Source: an uncultured Planctomycetota bacterium (lineage in GTDB: Bacteria; Planctomycetota; Planctomycetia; Isosphaerales; Isosphaeraceae). Taken from it: a DNA stretch of 64,000 bases. Position numbers and translations under genes: made by a program. The notes beneath the pieces were generated by a model. The model was given only the letters and a program-made list of their open reading frames with translations. It searched no databases and was not told the DNA's origin. Location of the stretch: NCBI GenBank assembly GCA_963845755.1, contig CAWJTV010000001.1, positions 160,001 to 224,000 on the forward strand. Reading direction: 5' to 3'. This document shows, in pieces, positions 60,811 through 64,000 of the stretch (positions are counted from its first letter, which is position 1; each line of letters begins with the position of its first letter).

Positions 60811-61369
60811 CGGGAACCTCATGAGATGGAAGACTTCTTCACCAGCGCCGTCGGTCTCGAGATCGGCGCATCGCCGCAGTCCGGGGATTGGCCTTCTCCA
60901 TCGGACTGCGCCGGAGATGGGGCCGACGGGCGCCCCGCCGAACCGACCTCTCGGCTCGAATTCGCTCGCGAACGACCTCCAACGGGCCGTCGTGCGCATG
61001 AGGACTCGTTCCGGCAAATCGACGACGAACGGACCAGACTCCGGACGACTACGAAGGGGTAGAACGAAATCGCCACGACCGAGGGAGACTCCTCCCGAAT
61101 CGTCGGGGCGACACGATTTCCGAATAAGTCAATTGAGCTGAGACGGTTGGGGGTTTGATACGGGCCGCCTCACCCTCGACGATCGTGGTATCCTCAAACC
61201 ACGCCCATCGATGAGGCTATCACCTGGGTTAGAGCCCGTCAACCTACCCGATTAGCGGCGATCCTGGCCCCGGGCCGCAATCGCCACTACCCGGGCCGAC
61301 CCCGAAGTCCCCACAGGAGCCAGCGACGGCCGGTGGGACGATCCTGAAGCTCCGTCGCCGAATCCCGGA

Positions 61370-64000
61370 TCAAGAGGGCGGTCCCTCAGGGGCCTCGGGA
61401 CTACGGTCGCCAGATGAAGAATACTCGGCTGTGATCGGGATCGGAGGAGACACGTCCACAGCGACCGGGATCAAAGGAGACACGTCGGCCGCGTCCCCCG
61501 ACGCGTCGTTGGCTTCCGGGGCGATGCCGTTCCCAGCGAGGTGCGGTGCGGACGGCAGGGACGGCTGCAAGAACTCCATCGGCTGGTTCGAGGCGATGCC
61601 GTTCCCAGCGAGGTGCGGTGCGGCCAGCAGGAGGGATGGTGCCGCCGCGTGCGCGACCACGTGGCCGGAATGGCCCTCGCGGGCATGGTCGCTGGGGTCG
61701 TAATACGCACTTTCGGGGTCGTTCGGGTAGATCGACGGCGACACCGCCACCTTGTTGCCGATCACCACCGCGAAGATCGACGGCACCACCAGCAAGGTGG
61801 CGAAGGTTGACATCACCAGCCCGCCGATCACCGCCAGGCCCAGCGGTGCTTGCATCTGGCTCCCCCGCTCCAATGCCAACGCCATCGGCACCATGCCCAC
61901 CGTCATCGCGCAGGCCGTCATCAGGATCGGACGCAACCGCTCGCTGGCACCCTTGATGGCCGCCTCCACCGAGGGCACGCCCTTCTTCCAGTGCTCGTCG
62001 ATGAATGACACCAGCATGACCGAGTTCGACACCGAGACGCCCAGGGACATGATCGAGCCCATGAACGACTCGATGTTGAGCGAGGTCTTGGTGAAGTAGA
62101 GGACCGTCGCGATGCCCGCGAGCACGCCCGGCACGGAGCCGATCGCGATCAGCGACAGCCGCGGCGATTGGAAATAGGCGGTCAGGAGCACGAAGATCAC
62201 GAACACGGCGACCGCCAGCCCGATCCCGAGCGACAGGAACATCTCGCGCATCGGCGGGAGCTGGCCCAGGGGCTCCACCCGGACGCCGCGGGGCGGTTCC
62301 CCGGCGGCGGCGATCGCCCCTGCGACCTGTCGGGAGGCCCGCCCCATGTCTTCACCCTCCACGTTCGCGGTCAGGGTCAGGTAGCGCTGCGACATGTCGC
62401 GATCGAGCTCGCCGGGCCGCACGCCCTTGCGAACGGTCGCCACGTCGCGGATCATCAGGTTGACCAGGGGATTCACCGACTGGAGCGGCAGGGTCTCGAG
62501 GTCTTCCGGCTTCTCCATCCGCAGGGGCGGGATCTGGATCTGCACCAGGTAGTCGAAGCCGGTCTTCACGTCGATCCAGTAATTGAGGTTGGTGAATCGG
62601 GTCGACGAGGTCGCCATCACCAACGCATGGGCCACATCCGCGACCGTGGCAGAGCTCAAACCCGCCTTCTCGCGGTCGATGTTGACCTCGACGCTGGGGT
62701 AATCGAGCGTCTGCACGAACTGGATGTCCCGAAGGTAAGGGATGGATTTCATCATCCTGGCGATCTTCGACGCGTGCTGCCGGACCATCTTCAGGTCGGT
62801 GCCGACGATGCGGACCGCGATCGGCGTCGGCGAGCCGAAACTCATGACCGAGGTCACGATGTCGCCCGGCTCGAGACCGAATGTCGACATCTTGGCTTGC
62901 CGTAGCGCTTCCGCCTTGGACAATCCACCCTGTTCCATCCGCTCGGCCAGCCAGGGGATCACCCGATCGGGGAGAACCTTGCGGAGCCGCTCACGGAACT
63001 CGTCGATTCGGATCCCGCTGCTTTCCTTCAGCGCGATGCGCAACTGGCCGTCGTCGGGCCCGCGCATGAACAGCACCATGTTGTCGATGCCGAAGTTCGG
63101 GGCGACTTGCCCCACGTAACCCATCGTGATCTGGACGTTCTCCGGCTTGGCCTCGCGCTCGATCTCTTCGAGGCACTTGACCGCCATCCGCCGGACCAGC
63201 TCGAAATTGGCCCCCGGCGGCGGCCGGAACCGCAGGACGAATTGCCCGGAATCGATCTGGGGGAACAGCTCGGTACCGACCTGCATCCCCAGTCCCCCCA
63301 GGATCAGGATACACCCTGCGACATAGGCGGGCACCACCCACCATCGCAAGCGAACGAACCAACCCACCACCTTGCCGTAGGCTTTGAGCGTCCTGCCGAA
63401 CAGTCCGCCCTCCCCCTCGTCCCCGCCATGTCCCCCGTGGGGCCTGAGCAGGGCCACGCACAGGATCGGCACGAAGGTGCTGGAGAGCAGGTACGCCGAG
63501 ATCATGGCGAACCCGACCGCGAGGGTCAGCGGCATGAACAGTGCCCGCAGCGGGTCGCCCATGATGAACGCTGGGACGAAGACCGACAGGATGCACAACA
63601 ATGCCAGCAGGATCGGCACCGCCGTGGCGTAATTCCCGCGCAGCACCGCCGTGGCGATCATGGGCGTGCTCCGCATCTGCACGTGGATGTTCTCGATGGT
63701 CACCGTCGCCATATCGACGAGGATGCCAATCGCCAGCGCCATGCCGCCCAGCGACATGATGTTGATCGTGTTACCCGTCAGCCACAGGCCCACCAACGAT
63801 CCCAGCAGCGCCAGCGGGATGTTGGACACGACGACGATCACGCTCCTCAGGTCGCCGAGGAACAGCAGGATCATCAGACCGGTCAAGCCCGCACCGATCA
63901 ATCCCTCGATCGCCACGCTCTCGACCGCCGCCACCACCGTCGGCGACTCGTCGAACTCGAAGTTGATCGACACGTCCTTGGGGACCGCGTCCCGGAACAT
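61370..64000 (-). CDS. RND efflux permease (AcrB/CusA family), 5' part outside window
   Basis: INIMSLGGMALAIGILVD, FPQIDSG, RLRPILMT, PLGLAVIGGL. Confidence 0.95.
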   Translation of the reverse strand: MFRDAVPKDVSINFEFDESPTVVAAVESVAIEGLIGAGLTGLMILLFLGDLRSVIVVVSNIPLALLGSLVGLWLTGNTINIMSLGGMALAIGILVDMATVTIENIHVQMRSTPMIATAVLRGNYATAVPILLALLCILSVFVPAFIMGDPLRALFMPLTLAVGFAMISAYLLSSTFVPILCVALLRPHGGHGGDEGEGGLFGRTLKAYGKVVGWFVRLRWWVVPAYVAGCILILGGLGMQVGTELFPQIDSGQFVLRFRPPPGANFELVRRMAVKCLEEIEREAKPENVQITMGYVGQVAPNFGIDNMVLFMRGPDDGQLRIALKESSGIRIDEFRERLRKVLPDRVIPWLAERMEQGGLSKAEALRQAKMSTFGLEPGDIVTSVMSFGSPTPIAVRIVGTDLKMVRQHASKIARMMKSIPYLRDIQFVQTLDYPSVEVNIDREKAGLSSATVADVAHALVMATSSTRFTNLNYWIDVKTGFDYLVQIQIPPLRMEKPEDLETLPLQSVNPLVNLMIRDVATVRKGVRPGELDRDMSQRYLTLTANVEGEDMGRASRQVAGAIAAAGEPPRGVRVEPLGQLPPMREMFLSLGIGLAVAVFVIFVLLTAYFQSPRLSLIAIGSVPGVLAGIATVLYFTKTSLNIESFMGSIMSLGVSVSNSVMLVSFIDEHWKKGVPSVEAAIKGASERLRPILMTACAMTVGMVPMALALERGSQMQAPLGLAVIGGLVMSTFATLLVVPSIFAVVIGNKVAVSPSIYPNDPESAYYDPSDHAREGHSGHVVAHAAAPSLLLAAPHLAGNGIASNQPMEFLQPSLPSAPHLAGNGIAPEANDASGDAADVSPLIPVAVDVSPPIPITAEYSSSGDRSPEAPEGPPS

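Overview
High-GC chromosomal window, most likely from a planctomycete (Isosphaeraceae-like). This is inferred from ECF-sigma/Ser-Thr kinase pairs, a long ECF fusion, 'LExRxLL' extracellular signals and PEP-CTERM proteins. About 17 otherwise intact genes carry roughly 20 single-base frameshifts, often at G/C runs, which looks like long-read consensus error rather than real decay. Content in order: Doc-like toxin end, SDR, ECF sigma + WD40 kinase, ECF sigma fused to a di-heme domain, dusB, a methyltransferase, a compact WXG100/FtsK (type VII-like) operon, two PEP-CTERM paralogs, three ELWxxDGT-type surface proteins separated by long non-coding spacers, a duplicated TolC + secreted-protein module with a PDZ protein, a kdpFABC operon with kinase-less KdpD, a BBP2-type porin, and an RND pump with its adaptor. 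Best novelty candidates: (1) a 22-residue C-terminal tag (PV[DE]xxRPxYLPxxGNGPPPx[TS]R-stop) shared by two TolC proteins and an unrelated PDZ protein; (2) a minimal WXG100 system in a diderm, with an atypical FtsK and repeat-built hairpins over its RBSs; (3) a membrane-spanning ECF sigma/di-heme cytochrome fusion. No rRNA, tRNA, CRISPR array or intact transposase was found. All family calls come from motif recognition by eye, not database searches.
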